The notes under the pieces were generated by a model. The model searched no databases, had not been told where the DNA came from, and saw nothing but the letters and a program-made list of their open reading frames with translations. A program made the translations under genes and the position numbers. From Antedon mediterranea (Eukaryota > Animalia > Echinodermata), in NCBI RefSeq assembly GCF_964355755.1, contig NC_092670.1:19516795-19580794 (forward strand): DNA of 64,000 bases. Direction: 5' to 3'. Shown here in pieces: positions 23,048-36,200 of the stretch (positions are counted from its first letter, which is position 1; every line of letters begins with the position of its first letter).

Positions 23048-23740
23048 ATACAAATAAACTTTATACTGACAGTTCTTTCTCAACGTTTGTATTAATTAAT
23101 AATTACCAAATATAAACGTCGTAGTGGTGTATCGTGACATGGTACTTTAATATTTCAATCGATTATGACAGTTTTAACTAAACTAAATAAAGAATGTTCT
23201 CTAATATAATTAGGAATCTCTTGCCATACACGGGGAAAATTAGTGTACAATGAATATTTAAAATAAATAAATAAATAAATAAAATAAAAAAAGTATTAAA
23301 TCGCAAATGTTTTACTGTATTTAGAGGTATATTATTTATAGGCCTATAAAACATGAAAAAAATATTTCGTTACTGAGTGGATAAAGAATATATTTAAAAA
23401 TTGTTCCTCTTTGTACCTATCCGCTTTCCCATCCCTCAACCCTAATGTTACATACAAAACACAAATTGGGTTTCTTTAAATGAGTTCAAATCAAAAACTT
23501 GGACTCATTTTGTGATAAGTTTCTCCTTCGGAAGTAATTCCCAGGGTGCTAATTTTAGTTGACTACATAAATCATCGTGTCTATTTATTCGTTTCTGTAA
23601 ACGACAATGTATAGGCCTATAGTCCTGCGGTACGTACATTTGAAATCGCCAGTTTTGTTACGCTGAAATTACTGTGTATTCCAGAACCATCTGTGGGCAC
23701 GACCTAGATGGTACGCGAGCGAAGCGAGCGTACCATCTAG
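23048..23740 (+). mobile_element. Non-autonomous Helitron-like repeat
   Basis: It ends in the hairpin CTAGATGGTACGC...GCGTACCATCTAG followed by T, with no TSD seen. An inverted copy lies at 63368-63957. Confidence 0.6.
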
Positions 23741-25050
23741 TAATCATAATTTTAAACTAAGTTCACAAAATAGGACTGTGGGCGGCAATATCAGTCTAGA
23801 CAATTTATTAATAAAATTCACACATCTTCTCCTTTCATGCTCAGCCACATTTATTGGCCATTTATTACAATATTATTATATTTCTTTCACCCACTCGGCC
23901 AAAAAGAGGTGGCGCCAGGATCTTCCCGACGCGGGGGAAAAATTCCCCGACGAGGGGGGCTATGTGAGCGAAGCGAGCATCACTAGGCTGGGGGCCAGGG
24001 GGGGGGGCCGCCAAGGGCCCCCGGTGGGGGTCGAGGGGGCGAAGCCCCCCAGAAGCAACGCGTTCTAGCGTCATTTGAGGTCATTTTAATCAAATTTAGG
24101 GTAGCCATTTTTTCCATTTTTTATAATGCATAAATAAAATACTCGTGCAAAAAAACGATGCGCGATGACTGTTTCAATCCATATTTTTCAATTTAAAAAA
24201 TAAACGTTCAAAGAAAATTTAGAAAAATAGAGTTGGAGGTCCCGGAAATTTGACTTATTATACTTCAAAACATGAAACAAAATATATAAGTCTCTATCAT
24301 GGTTGTGACTGAGCTAAGAAATGTTTGAAAAATAGAGATGTTAGGTCCCGGAAAATGCACTTCTTGTACTTCGAAATATGACCAGCTTTATTGTTGAGGC
24401 TGAGCTAAGAAAATGTTTAAAACTAGAGCTGCAGGTCTTCAAAAAATGGCATTTTATACTTTGAAAACATCAGGCATAGAGGGTTAAAAAACGCAAGCGT
24501 AGACCTTTTTCAGTCGGGGAAATAAGTTTATTCCTCCCAAGTGTATGCGTGCGTACCATCTGGACTTCCGAGTGGTGAGAAATTCATGACAGGACATTGA
24601 AAATTTAATAACTTAGCTATAATAAGATGTTGGCTAAGCGAAAATGGCATGTTTTTTTTGTTTAGTAATGGATGAAATATTTATTTTAGGTACAGAAGGT
24701 TACTTGTAAATTAAAAAATTGGTGAACATACGAACAAACATAATTCGTTTTTGCTGTAGTGTAGCGTACGTCGGCACAGTACACGACGTAACCGTCGGTA
24801 AACTTCGCCTGGAAAATAACTACATTACACATGTTGGTCCCTGGATGGAACTTGATATCACGCGTCTCGACCCAACGTTGAACGATTCGTACAAAGGGAT
24901 ACCGCCAGACAAAGTGCGTACCTAGCTAATGTTTAGTAGTAAGTTAGATCGCTGGTAATAATGAATGCATATAAATTGCATAATAGCACTCTAACGTACT
25001 CTCACGGTCAATGAAACGTCGCGGTTTTCTAGGCGCTGAAGCTATATGAA

Positions 25051-25161
25051 GAATTAGATGATTAAAAAACTGAACATTGTCTTTAAGTGGTGGCACCGGC
25101 GGGGCGGGGGGGGGGGGGCCACCACTTAAAGACAATGTTCAGTTTTTTAATCATCTAATTC
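25051..25161. repeat. Perfect 44-bp inverted repeat with a poly-G spacer
   Basis: GAATTAGATG...AAGTGGTGGC is mirrored by GCCACCACTT...CATCTAATTC. Confidence 0.9.
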
Positions 25162-26429
25162 ATTCTTTATGATTATAACAATTGAATTATCATTACTTTT
25201 ATGATCGAATCATAATTTAAAACTGAGTTCAATACAATTACACAAACAAATTAGAACTTGGTGGCAATCCCAGTCTAGACAACGGCCCGTTATAATAAAA
25301 TTCACACATGATCTTCGGTTATTGTAAAGTTCTCATGCCCCGTCTCATGCTCAATCCTATGTTAGTGGCCATTGTCACCAATAATGCCCATCTTACTTCA
25401 CCCGGCCAAAAAGACGACGCTTTATCTAATAAGGAACCGTTAGTTGCTAAAAGGAATCTTTTTTGTTTTTCTTTATGCGAGGGACCTCTTTGTGTAAAGA
25501 ATGACTTAGCCTATGTTTAAAAAAGGTCCATTTTTATGAATGCCATAATGATTCGAGTAATGATTTTCAAATCGTGTTGTTATTATCCACCATCAAAATC
25601 AAACTCATAAGTCTAGAAAATAATTTGTTGTTGTTGGGTTGATCCAATAGATCGAAAATACTAAAATGGTACTTACTAGTCTAACAAAAAATGGGTATAC
25701 CTGTAGGTGCAGACTTTCAACAACCGGTGCCGATGCTTGGGTTATTCTAAAAATTCCTCCAAATTTATTTTCTGTAATGCCAATGTTTAAGTGATGTTAG
25801 TATGCCTAGCGTTTTTAAAATGTTTTAATGATTCTCCAAAGTTAAAATGAAATCATGTCACCCAGTGCAGAACCTAGCTTTGTTAATAATAATAATTGTT
25901 ACGCCTGTATAATGTCATTTTACAAATATACATCATACCATGGTAAATTCCACATGATACTTTATAGGCCTAATGATTGATCCGACGTTATTCCACCATA
26001 ATTGATTTCGCATAGGTTTTATCCTCTGTGATCTTAGATTCGATCTTATAAGTAGGCCTACTCGGCGGCTCAACAAATCAAGCTGAGTCCGAGATTCACA
26101 TGCTTTTACATCGTTTTTTTTTATATTTTCAATATCAACCTCTTGCCTATCCGTGATTGCATCACCTTCCAAACTGCACGGTAGCCCCTATATTATTTTT
26201 TATTAAACTTTATTTAATTGAGGGTAACCCTAAAAACTAAACAGCATATGCTGACAATCAAGACAATCACATTATAAAAAACATATGAAAAAAAAACTGA
26301 TGAACTATGTTTAAACAATATACATGAATACAAAAATATAGCCTACAATACTATACAAAACGTTGAGGTTTTCTTTTGGTGTGAAATATTTTTTTAGAGC
26401 CGCAGATTTAAAATTGTTTATTGATACCG

Positions 26430-26600
26430 CATTTCTTGGACCGGACATATTATACTAAGGCTTCCGATGGACACTCCAGCCAAATTAGCGTTGACAGAAT
26501 CCATTCGAAAAGTTAAAAGACCAGTTGGCAGACCAAAAACTACCTGGATAGGAAACATAAATAAAGAACTCAAAAAAGCAAATACATCGATCGTAAAATT
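26430..26600 (+). mobile_element. LINE (RTE-like) 3' fragment
   Basis: Translates ...GHIILRLPMDTPAKLAL...KRPVGRPKTTW. It shares sequence with 28975-29145. Confidence 0.6.
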
Positions 26601-27029
26601 GCTCTATAGATTATGGATTATTTACCGAACTGATAAACGGCAGAAAAGAAACATTGACATTTTGATTAATTGTAATAAACGTCACTCCAATTTGTTCGTA
26701 AATCAAAGCTCTCATCCTCCAATCTGTGGGTGTTGTTTAATGTATAACATTCATTATAAATATTCCCCGGGGTCGATTCCTTCTAAATTTATACAATTGC
26801 ACAATTGTAGCCTATTAATGTCACTTAGTAAATATTGTCACTTGTCAATATAAACGTAATGAATTATTTATCCGTTTAAGTAGAAGATTCAAAAGAGGTA
26901 AATGTTACCGAGTAACATGGCAACATAATTTACTGCAGTAGAAGATCCTGTCCTGCAGTTAATATTCACGGAATATGTACAACGGAATGAACTATCTTAT
27001 CGTACGATTTCACCTGCCGTTAGATGCAA

Positions 27030-27240
27030 AGTAGTTCACGAGTTCAAATGATCCATCGCTTGTGATTGGTCGAATCACTTACGTTGCGCTACGTTCTTGT
27101 GTTGCGTCTCTGGAGCTAGGACGTAATGCAAACGAGTTGACCAATCACAAGCGACAGTCCAATAAATCCATCGCTTGTTATTGGTGAAATCACTCACGTT
27201 GCGTTACGTCGTTGTGTTGCGTCTCTAGTGGGAACCAAGC
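27030..27240. mobile_element. MITE remnant with internal repeats (Harbinger-like end CTAGTGGGAACCAAGC)
   Basis: ATCCATCGCTTGT(G/T)ATTGGT...CGTTGCG is repeated and also present inverted. Confidence 0.45.
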
Positions 27241-28592
27241 ATAATAGAAACATTTTAGAAATATACTGTATACAAATCTTACTACCGTTTTTACGACGAC
27301 AAAACTCAAACTTTATGCGACAACAAAATGTGATGTGCCCATATATGAACATGATGATATATTATCACTACCATATTTGGGCACATCACACTTTTATCAA
27401 ACTAGTTTGATAATGTGAGCTTAAGACAGCATGAAAATCGTTTAAGAAAAAACAGCAGCATGGAACTTCAATAAATGATGATTCTTGAATTATATGATTG
27501 AATACAAACTGAAGCATGTTCATTTTGTATTCAGTAGTGACAATGAATATCACAACATCAGCATATACAGTATTAAAAATGTCCTGTTTATTTTATTTCA
27601 CAATGCATGTAGATACACAAATAACACTGAAATGTTATAACATAAATAATACAATACATATGTTTTCAAATATACAAAATACAATCTCAGATCATTTTAG
27701 CAGGTGTGGCCAGACCCTTATAACATCTTTTAGCTTTTGTTGAATAATTTTGTAGTGATGACATTAAACCCTTAAAATGTTATACTACAATCTCAGATAA
27801 TTTTAGCAGGTGTGGCCAGACCATTGCATTTTGTCCTACAATCTACAGATTTATATAATGGCTATACCTATTATTAGGCAGATGAAATCCTGCTGGTCCT
27901 GTAGGCCTAATTAAAGGGGGATTGTTTTCATTTTGGTGGGACACCTAAACTACCACTACTTTGGTCCAATAAGAACTACATTTTTACATAGGTAGGTAGG
28001 AAATAATGTCATAAATAAGCAAGTTACATAAAAGTTTTTAAAAATATACATATATGCATCCATACTAATATCTAATAATAAAAATTATACAGAAAATAGA
28101 AACAATATTATATATTTTTGTTAATATTACAAAAATCTACATTAACGATTCAATAATGTATTTAAGTAGTTGAGTGGGCATAACTAATGTTAATAAAACA
28201 TCGGTAACATTTTGGTTAAGATTATAAAAAAAGTATAAGTATATATAGTCAAAGTATATGTTTTTAACAAGGCAAGCAAAGTTTACAAATACAAAGTATA
28301 AAGATTTGATTTTTACGCAAAAAAACTTCTGTGTTTCGATAATAGAGAAATAAAAAAATTCATAAAAAAATATAGCACACTGGGTAAACATAATTTTACT
28401 GCAGTTGCTGCAGTAACTGCTGCAGTAACTACTGCAATAATGTATCCTTTTAGTTTCAATGTAGAAGTCTATGGTAATGAGTCACTGAAAATATAAACAT
28501 TAGGTTTTGCCAGGTAAGAATGAAATTCCACTCTTCCTCATTTTTGCACAGGTTAAGGGTGTAGTTTGACATGGTCCCTAACATTAACAAAG

Positions 28593-28847
28593 ACATAAAA
28601 TATCTCATAATCTTAACGATAAAATACAAAGGTTAAAATGTACAAAGTATTATAATAATGAAACTAGATAAAACTAAGGGATAAAACTTATTCTACTGGA
28701 GTTACTGCAGTAAAAAAATGTAGTTTTTACTGCAGTAACTGCAGTAGAATAAGTTTTATCCCTTAGTTTTATCTAGTTTCATTATTATAATACTTTGTAC
28801 ATTTTAACCTTTGTATTTTATCGTTAAGATTATGAGATATATTATGT
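28593..28847. repeat. Near-perfect palindrome of about 250 bp (arms about 120 bp)
   Basis: ATATCTCATAATCTTAACGATAAAATACAAAGG...TTCTACTG is mirrored by CAGTAGAA...CCTTTGTATTTTATCGTTAAGATTATGAGATAT. Confidence 0.9.
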
Positions 28848-28974
28848 ATGAATTGATTAAAATTGATTGGGGTGGTGCGGAGGGGTGGGGGATACGGTAG
28901 GGGTTGATAGTTGTTTTTTGCCTATATACTTTTCTGTATGTAAATTAAATATATTTTATGTTGTTATTGTGATT

Positions 28975-29145
28975 GGGCAGACCAAAAACTACCTGGATAG
29001 GAAACATAAATAAAGAACTCAAAAAAGAAAATACATCGATCGGAAAATTAATGACAGACCATCAGACCACCGAAAGAGAGTCATGGAAACGATTAGCGTA
29101 CGCAATGTCTACCCAAGACGAATAGCGTAACGGATGATGATGATT
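28975..29145 (+). mobile_element. LINE (RTE-like) extreme 3' end with (GAT)n tail
   Basis: Matches 26527-26590 and ends GGATGATGATGA. Confidence 0.55.
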
Positions 29146-30000
29146 CTGAAGAATGCACCTTTTTGCTAAATGTGCCACCGATCTAAAGGTTTAATTCCAA
29201 ATAAATAAATAAATACTGCAATAAACAATGTTTATGATTACCTGAAAAAAGCTTGCTAAATAATTGCATAAACACAAAGTATTAACAAAATGCAATTACT
29301 GCAGTAGAATAATTTTGACATGATACTAATCTGGTTAAAATCTCATAATAAAATAAAGAAATGGAAAATGAAGCAATTTCGAAAGACAACATGAAAGCAA
29401 GACTAGGCCTGCCATAGTCTTTGATAAAATATAAATTATTTCCTTACTTTTTATTTATTTACGTCGCTGCTTTGAGGTCAGATAATCGCAACATACTGTC
29501 TTATACTTTCCTACAGTAAATTACACTTGTAAAAGATGATATACTCATTGTCCATAATGTATTGTTTACATTTTGCACTAAAAATACAGGCTGCTATCAA
29601 AATGTCTTTAGCAAAATAGTTTGTTGAAAATAGAAAATGCTATTCTTGTATGTAGTCTTTTTATATTCATAAGAATCATAAATAAGTTAAGATAATTTCT
29701 TTTAGTTAAATGAAATGTAAAACAAAACTAGCATAGAAAGAACAGCCTATTTTGTGCTACTCCCCAGAGCAAAATAAGAAGTGTTAAACAACTTTCTTCG
29801 ATCAATAAAAATTTGCATAAAACAGAAACAAATATTAATGTATGCTGTATACTGTAAAACAAATTGCAATTAGATGCGTGATTCCAGAGAGGCTCAGCGA
29901 GCTTGAAGGCATTAAAAAGAGAGTTATACTGTAGTATTTTAGTAGGCCTGCCATTAAGAGTATAGTGTGCATTAAAGAAAGAAAGGTATTATTTCTGATG

Positions 30001-31383
30001 TCATCTGTCCATCCAATCAAACCGTTGACCAATTAATTTAGAAAATTCATTGTTATATGGTCTATAAAAATCATGTAGTTTTTGAGATATATAAGGGCTA
30101 AGTTGAGCTTTTGGTAAGAAACCTGGGGTACTTTTTGCAGGGCATGGCCTAGGTTTCCCTTTCATACAAGACCCGTGTCTCTTTTCATCGTAGTAAAACA
30201 TATCTTTTGTGAAATATGGCTTCAATCCTAGAAACGTTTCTACGCGTTTTAATTCATTGTATGCATCGTCTTGAAGATTATCATGGTTAATAACCAAAAA
30301 CCTATCTCTGGAGTAATATTTCAACCAGTTTTTTAAATGTTTCGAATACAAACTTGTTTGTATTATTTCATTTGACGCATTGACCTCTCCGTTTGGTGTC
30401 ATGACCAATTTTTGAAATTTGAGGCCTTGCATTTGGCCATCTTTAGACAAGTACTTTGAATGGTTTATTCTTCCTTTTAAATTGCGTCTTTCAGTCAGCT
30501 CAGATTCGTGACGGAAATCTGAGATTGCGCGGTCTACTGGATCTCTAACACATAAAATAAATTTAATATCTTCGGGAAGTTCTTCTAACATAAAAAACGG
30601 GGCATCTTCTGTTACAAAATACCGCGGTGTTTTCTCAAAACTAAATTGGTTTCCAGTTGCAAAACCCATTCTTGATTTGTAATACGCCGTACCTTTTTCG
30701 TGATTCCAATCAAAGTAATGAACCTCGTTTCCGAGCGAGTGGCATACTTGCGGATGTTGTTGAAAAAAGAACCCAAAAGCGTTTGTTCCGCTCTTTTTCG
30801 AACCAATATTGATAACATTTGGTAACCTCTGTTCGTACCCGAGCTCTTTCATTGTTGCTATTAACACCTTCCATTGTTTTTGAAAAGGTAAATTTCTGAA
30901 TGTTATATGCTTTGCTTCCTCAATTCTTTTTATTTTTGTAAACAATTTTTGATACACATCATCACTTATTGTGGAGTACAACTTTTTAATTAGACGTTCC
31001 GATCTAGGATCCTTCGTTTCTACTAAATACTCCACAAGATCTTTTTGCTTAGCAGTAGAACTATGATTTAGATACTGTGCAGCTGGAGTATCAAGATTCA
31101 ACTGTTTTATTTTAACATATTCTCCGTATGATAACTCCCCTGATGTATTATTTTCTCGGTTTCCAGAAGATCGGCTTAAAGGCTTATCAAAAAGAGGTTT
31201 TTGTATTTTGTTATTTAGTGCAGGATTGCGTAGAATCGCCTTTTTGCGATATGAAAGTCTTTTTCTGTCGTTCTGAAATCCAGCCTCTGTACTGTCGTTC
31301 AACCGAAGCGATACGTAGGATATCATCAACAGCGTTAAAGCACAGCACAAAAGAATAAGTATCTTCTTGTTAATAAGAGACAT
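30001..31383 (-). CDS. Heparan sulfate glucosamine 3-O-sulfotransferase (HS3ST family), single coding exon
   Basis: 460-aa ORF from the ATG at 31383 with an N-terminal TM anchor, 5'-PSB IGSKKSGT, EVHYFD, EKTPRYF and 3'-PB VRDPVDRAISDF. An upstream splice acceptor near 31528 implies untranslated exons. Confidence 0.9.
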   Translation of the reverse strand: MSLINKKILILLCCALTLLMISYVSLRLNDSTEAGFQNDRKRLSYRKKAILRNPALNNKIQKPLFDKPLSRSSGNRENNTSGELSYGEYVKIKQLNLDTPAAQYLNHSSTAKQKDLVEYLVETKDPRSERLIKKLYSTISDDVYQKLFTKIKRIEEAKHITFRNLPFQKQWKVLIATMKELGYEQRLPNVINIGSKKSGTNAFGFFFQQHPQVCHSLGNEVHYFDWNHEKGTAYYKSRMGFATGNQFSFEKTPRYFVTEDAPFFMLEELPEDIKFILCVRDPVDRAISDFRHESELTERRNLKGRINHSKYLSKDGQMQGLKFQKLVMTPNGEVNASNEIIQTSLYSKHLKNWLKYYSRDRFLVINHDNLQDDAYNELKRVETFLGLKPYFTKDMFYYDEKRHGSCMKGKPRPCPAKSTPGFLPKAQLSPYISQKLHDFYRPYNNEFSKLIGQRFDWMDR

Positions 31384-32404
31384 GTTTCCCAAGTTTTAAT
31401 AACCAATACCATAAATCGTTAATTGTCTACATGTTAATTAACAGTCTTCATGGTTTCAATTAAGCAAATTGTTGTTTCCATTTAGCAATTGCCTTCACAA
31501 TTCCCGTTACCCTTCTCAATAGATGACCTGCAAAAAATAAAACAAAAAACCACAATTTAAAAACTCACATGTCTTTTCTGTATAATTCCATTAATACTGA
31601 TAGCACATGGGATTTATATCTCCCTTTTATGACAGACCAATTAGTGTTTCCTTATTGACAACCATCCTTTAGGAGTAGCATTCAAATTTAATTCTCTGAA
31701 AATGAAAATGATGAAAGTGATGACAAGTGCTTCAACCACACAAAAATTGTCTAAAACAAATTTCAAAATATCTCAAACAGATTTCAAGACCCTTATCTTG
31801 AGTGGTGATGTGTACATCACAAGATCTGTATAATGAATGAATGAAGAAATTTTCTTGAGATTGTGATTTACTGAAAACTAATTTATTACTTTAACTGTAA
31901 TTCTATATATGAGCATGTGAATCGATACCCAAGAGAATTTTCGAAATAAATTTATGCGTTCTATCAAATTCATAATATGGTATGGTTCGATCAAAAATAC
32001 TTTAATGTACCTTAGCAAAATACATCTTAAAAGGAAAAAATACATAGATTGGAAGTTAAAAAACAGCAACATAAACAAACAAAACTAAAAAAGAGAGAAA
32101 TTGCTGTGATTATTCAGATGGACTCGTGTCTTAAGAAAAATAATAAGGTGGCGTCATTCCAGGGTCTAATTGACAATAGAAGAAGGGAAATGGCAAATTA
32201 CACTACCGTTATGACCGTTATGACCGTTATGACCGTTATGAACGATTTTAATCGCATGCTAAAGTATAATCACAATCCAGGATAAATTTAGACTCTGCTG
32301 ATTTAAAATCCTATTATTTAAAGGCAATTTGTGTATAAATCAAAACTCCACAATTTTTGCCAAATTTCATACATATACCCACGGGACTATACTCTCACCA
32401 CATT

Positions 32405-32640
32405 ACTTATATCCTTTAGGCAAGACACTTAAATAACATTTGCCTCTCTCCACCCAGTTGTATAAAATGGATACCCGGTTAGATTATTATGACACAACTT
32501 TGTGATGATTACTAGCTGCATTATGGGAGTACTGTATGTTTCCATACATGTTTGATCCAAAAAATGACTGGGGTGATAATGCAGCGCATTGAGAGCTTGC
32601 TTATATGCGCTAAATAAGAATGAACTATTATTATTATTAC
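32405..32640 (+). mobile_element. Degenerate SINE body and tail
   Basis: CCTTTAGGCAAGACACTTAA...CTCTCCACCCAG...AAATGGATACC, followed by an L2-like GCGCATTGAG...GCGCTAAATAAG and (TAT)n tail. Confidence 0.5.
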
Positions 32641-33061
32641 AGTCAATTATTATTCAATTCTTCACCAGAAAATGGGTTGTTCAATTTAGTATTGATAAAC
32701 TTACTGTGAGTGTAGTATACATTGTATAACAGTAAGAGGACCTTTAAAAGGTCAAATTGGGATATGAATATGATTGTGTCAATGCTTGTCTAGTCACACA
32801 TAGTCACTTCTTTGGTTGTTGGCATGCTGTGAATCAATTACTTTACTTACCTACAAGAAATTAGGCTATGTATAATCATGACTTTAACCAAATGTATCTT
32901 GAGAAGTAGTTAAGAATTTTTTTTTAAATCCGACATGTTAAGCAAAAGCAAACTAGATGGGAAGGTTTATTCAGGAATTGTTAAAATGTGAAAAACATTA
33001 AAAATGTTTAACTGTTTGATTTGTCTTCTTTTTTTTTTTGGCTAAAATGAATAACATTTAA

Positions 33062-33219
33062 AGCTCTGTCTACACTATCAAACTTTATTTGACAACAAAA
33101 CATGATGTGCCCATATGGACATGATATGCCAAAATATGGTAGTGATATGCCATCATCATGTCCAAATATGGCACATCACACTTTTTTGTCACATAAAGTT
33201 TGATAGTGTAGACAAAGCT
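33062..33219. mobile_element. MITE, AGCTCTGTCTACAC-TIR family
   Basis: TAA|AGCTCTGTCTACACTATCAAACT ... AGTTTGATAGTGTAGACAAAGCT|TTA. Confidence 0.8.
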
Positions 33220-36200
33220 TTAAACTATAATGGCTTTATTCACAGTTTGATTTTGATGTTTTTTTAAATATCTTGAATTAAGCAAAATGCCAGATTTTTA
33301 ATCTAATATGTACCACAATATAAAGGTACTCAGTCTTCATGGAATCTGCTTCAAGATAAAATAATTCTATTTAAATAATTAACCGCAAAATACTAATAAA
33401 TTCTATAAAAGCACTAAGATGTACACTGCCTTATGTATCACCGCTTTAAATTTAAACTCAAAATTGTGACACAACATGTCAATCGTAATTTCCTGTAAAA
33501 CAGATATTTTATGATTAATGTAAAATAAGCGTCAAAATGATCTATTTTTCATCATCTGCATTTGTAACCATACATAATGCAGTAATGAAAAATAAATGCA
33601 ATGGCGATACGGTTGGGGGAAAAAAAAGGGTATATTATGGTGGGGGTTTAGATGGTGTACACAACTGGATTTTAAAATATATTTTAAAAGAATAGTTAAT
33701 AATATTTAATTTTTAAAAATTATTATCAGGTGAGTGAGATATTCCAAATACTAATTGTTAATTTTCCCTAGCTATTGTCTTTTTTATATGTCTTAAAATT
33801 GTTTCCGTAACGAGAGGCAATTCCTGCTCAACACATATGACACGCCATGCATGCCAAAATTGTTATCTTTTCAGCAATATTAAGCTGAATTTCCATCTAC
33901 TGTAGAACTAGCTTCTAAATCTTGAAAAGCATTTTGCCAAGTTGTTTGTTCCATTTTGGCTGTTATATTGGACTCTCTTACAATTCATTACAATACATTT
34001 AACTAGTTTGCAATTATAAATATGGCCATTCATTCACCAAATGTTTGCTTACAAGTTACAATACATTTTAAAAATCAATTCACAATCTACTGTAAGGTGT
34101 TTGTGTTGATGTAGTTCAAAATCTACAGAATAATTTTTATGCAATGAATTATTCATAAGCTTAATGAATACTAAACACTATTAAATAGAACAGTATCTTC
34201 ATTTACATTAAACAGCCAGACGGTACCGTTAATTAAAATATTCAAATAGTCATGTTTTTTGATTATCGGAACTTTTATCTTATTATGTATTACTTTAGGC
34301 AATGTATCTACAAACGAGTGTGTTTCATTTTTCAATGGTTTTTTAAGGTAAAGAAATTGTAATGCAGATAGGATAATTATGGCTTATAAAGAAATAATTA
34401 GTTGAATAATTCATTTAAATTGCTCTGTTAAATATAGTAATTCTATAGCAGTAATATTAATGAAATAGAAAGATATTTTACTTTTAATTCTTAATGAAGC
34501 AGAAACAATGTTAAATCTAAGTTTGAACAATTATCATTACAATACAATAACGAATCTAATGATAAAATAATTTAAAAATCATCATTTTTAAAATGACAAA
34601 CATGTCTATGATATTGTTATTTAATAACAATAAATTACAATAATTTCGGTATAAAATAATGTATTATACATAATTAAATTTAAATTGAATTAATATAATA
34701 TTGATATTAAACTGAGTTATTTTAGAATGCCATATAGAAATCATTTTATAGAACATTGGTTGTTTACAGTACAGTGATGTTTGTAATAATAGGATAGTAT
34801 GTATTGCATCCTGTGTATTATGTACAGTATTTTTTAGTTTATTCAGAGATATAAAACGATATCATAAAATATAACCTTAGTCATACAGCAGCTAATCTAG
34901 AGATCTCTATTAGTATTAGTTCCGACTTGAAGGAAGGCACAGTATGATACAATTCTTCATACACTTACAGTATTACTTCACTCATTTTGTTGTTGTCAGT
35001 TACATTAATGTGTCGATCTATCATTTTTTGGCAGGCTTGCTCGTTTTAATTCCTTCATTTCAAACAGTATTTTTATTACAAGCATTTTCATTGTTACAAT
35101 GCTAGTATTCTTGAAAATGCTTGTAATAAAAATACTGTTTAAAATGTGTTTATAGTAAGTAATACTGTATAAAATAAATGACTTTTCTCAATACAAGAGA
35201 ACTTATTGTATAATATAATAATGTATAATAATATTTAATGTACTGTATTAAACACAATTTAACTATTCATTTTCAATGAGCTATGATATGATAATCTTAG
35301 ATTTCAAAATAATATGCTCTATAAAAAAGCCTAATTTTGCACTTTTTTTTGCTGTAGTGTCAATTAAATAAGAATGAGACAAGCCCATTAATTTTTGGTG
35401 ACATACGAATGTCAAGGGGGAGAGCCCAGCCGGTCCGGGCCCCCTTTAAATTTCACAAATTGTAATGCAAAATATAGGACATTAAATTAAATTCAGCACT
35501 TCATTTCACTACTTTTAGGCCCCTCCCCCCCCCCCCCTATTTCAAAATCATGTATCCGCCACTGTCACTCTTGCTCCATTTTTATCTAAATAGCTTACAT
35601 AAATTGTGCAAAATTCTCAAGCCTGCAAATACATACAAAAATATGAAGATTTATTTGTTCATATTTTCTGCTGACTGACATTTAGTGAATGTTTAATGGT
35701 ACCTGTAAGTTTAATCGATGATACTACAAGAACTCTAAGAATCCAATAAAAAAAATAAAATATTAATCAATGTAACTGTACAGTATGAAGATGAGACTAG
35801 ATTTAAAATGCTAGAGTAAAAAAAAACCCTACAGAATTTATAGCAGTACTACAAGGTAATAATAAAAGAAATAGGATTTTGTTGTCCTTAAGAATTTAAA
35901 CCAGATTTCTGGAAGAAAATTGTTCAAAAATGACTAGATGAATATTGTTGTTTAATGTTATATTCAATCAAATTTAATTCGGAAACATGTCCATTAAAAC
36001 AGATATACAATTTTTATGATTTTAACACATAATGGTTTAGAACACAGAAAGGCATTTAGTATGTATTCTTCAAGTTATTCGAGTAATTATAACATACAGT
36101 AAACAGTAATAAATGAAGACGTTAATCAATCACATAGAAACATTATTTGTGAAAATATAATGTACCAAATGTCTGAAATGATTATCTTAATGTGCAATAA

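Noticed and set aside
23778-24074. GC-rich ORFs on both strands
   Set aside because: They are low-complexity G/C runs of a repeat element with no coding signature.
31384-31392. TTG start for HS3ST as given in the ORF track
   Set aside because: In a eukaryotic gene, the in-frame ATG at 31383 (AACATG) is the likely start.
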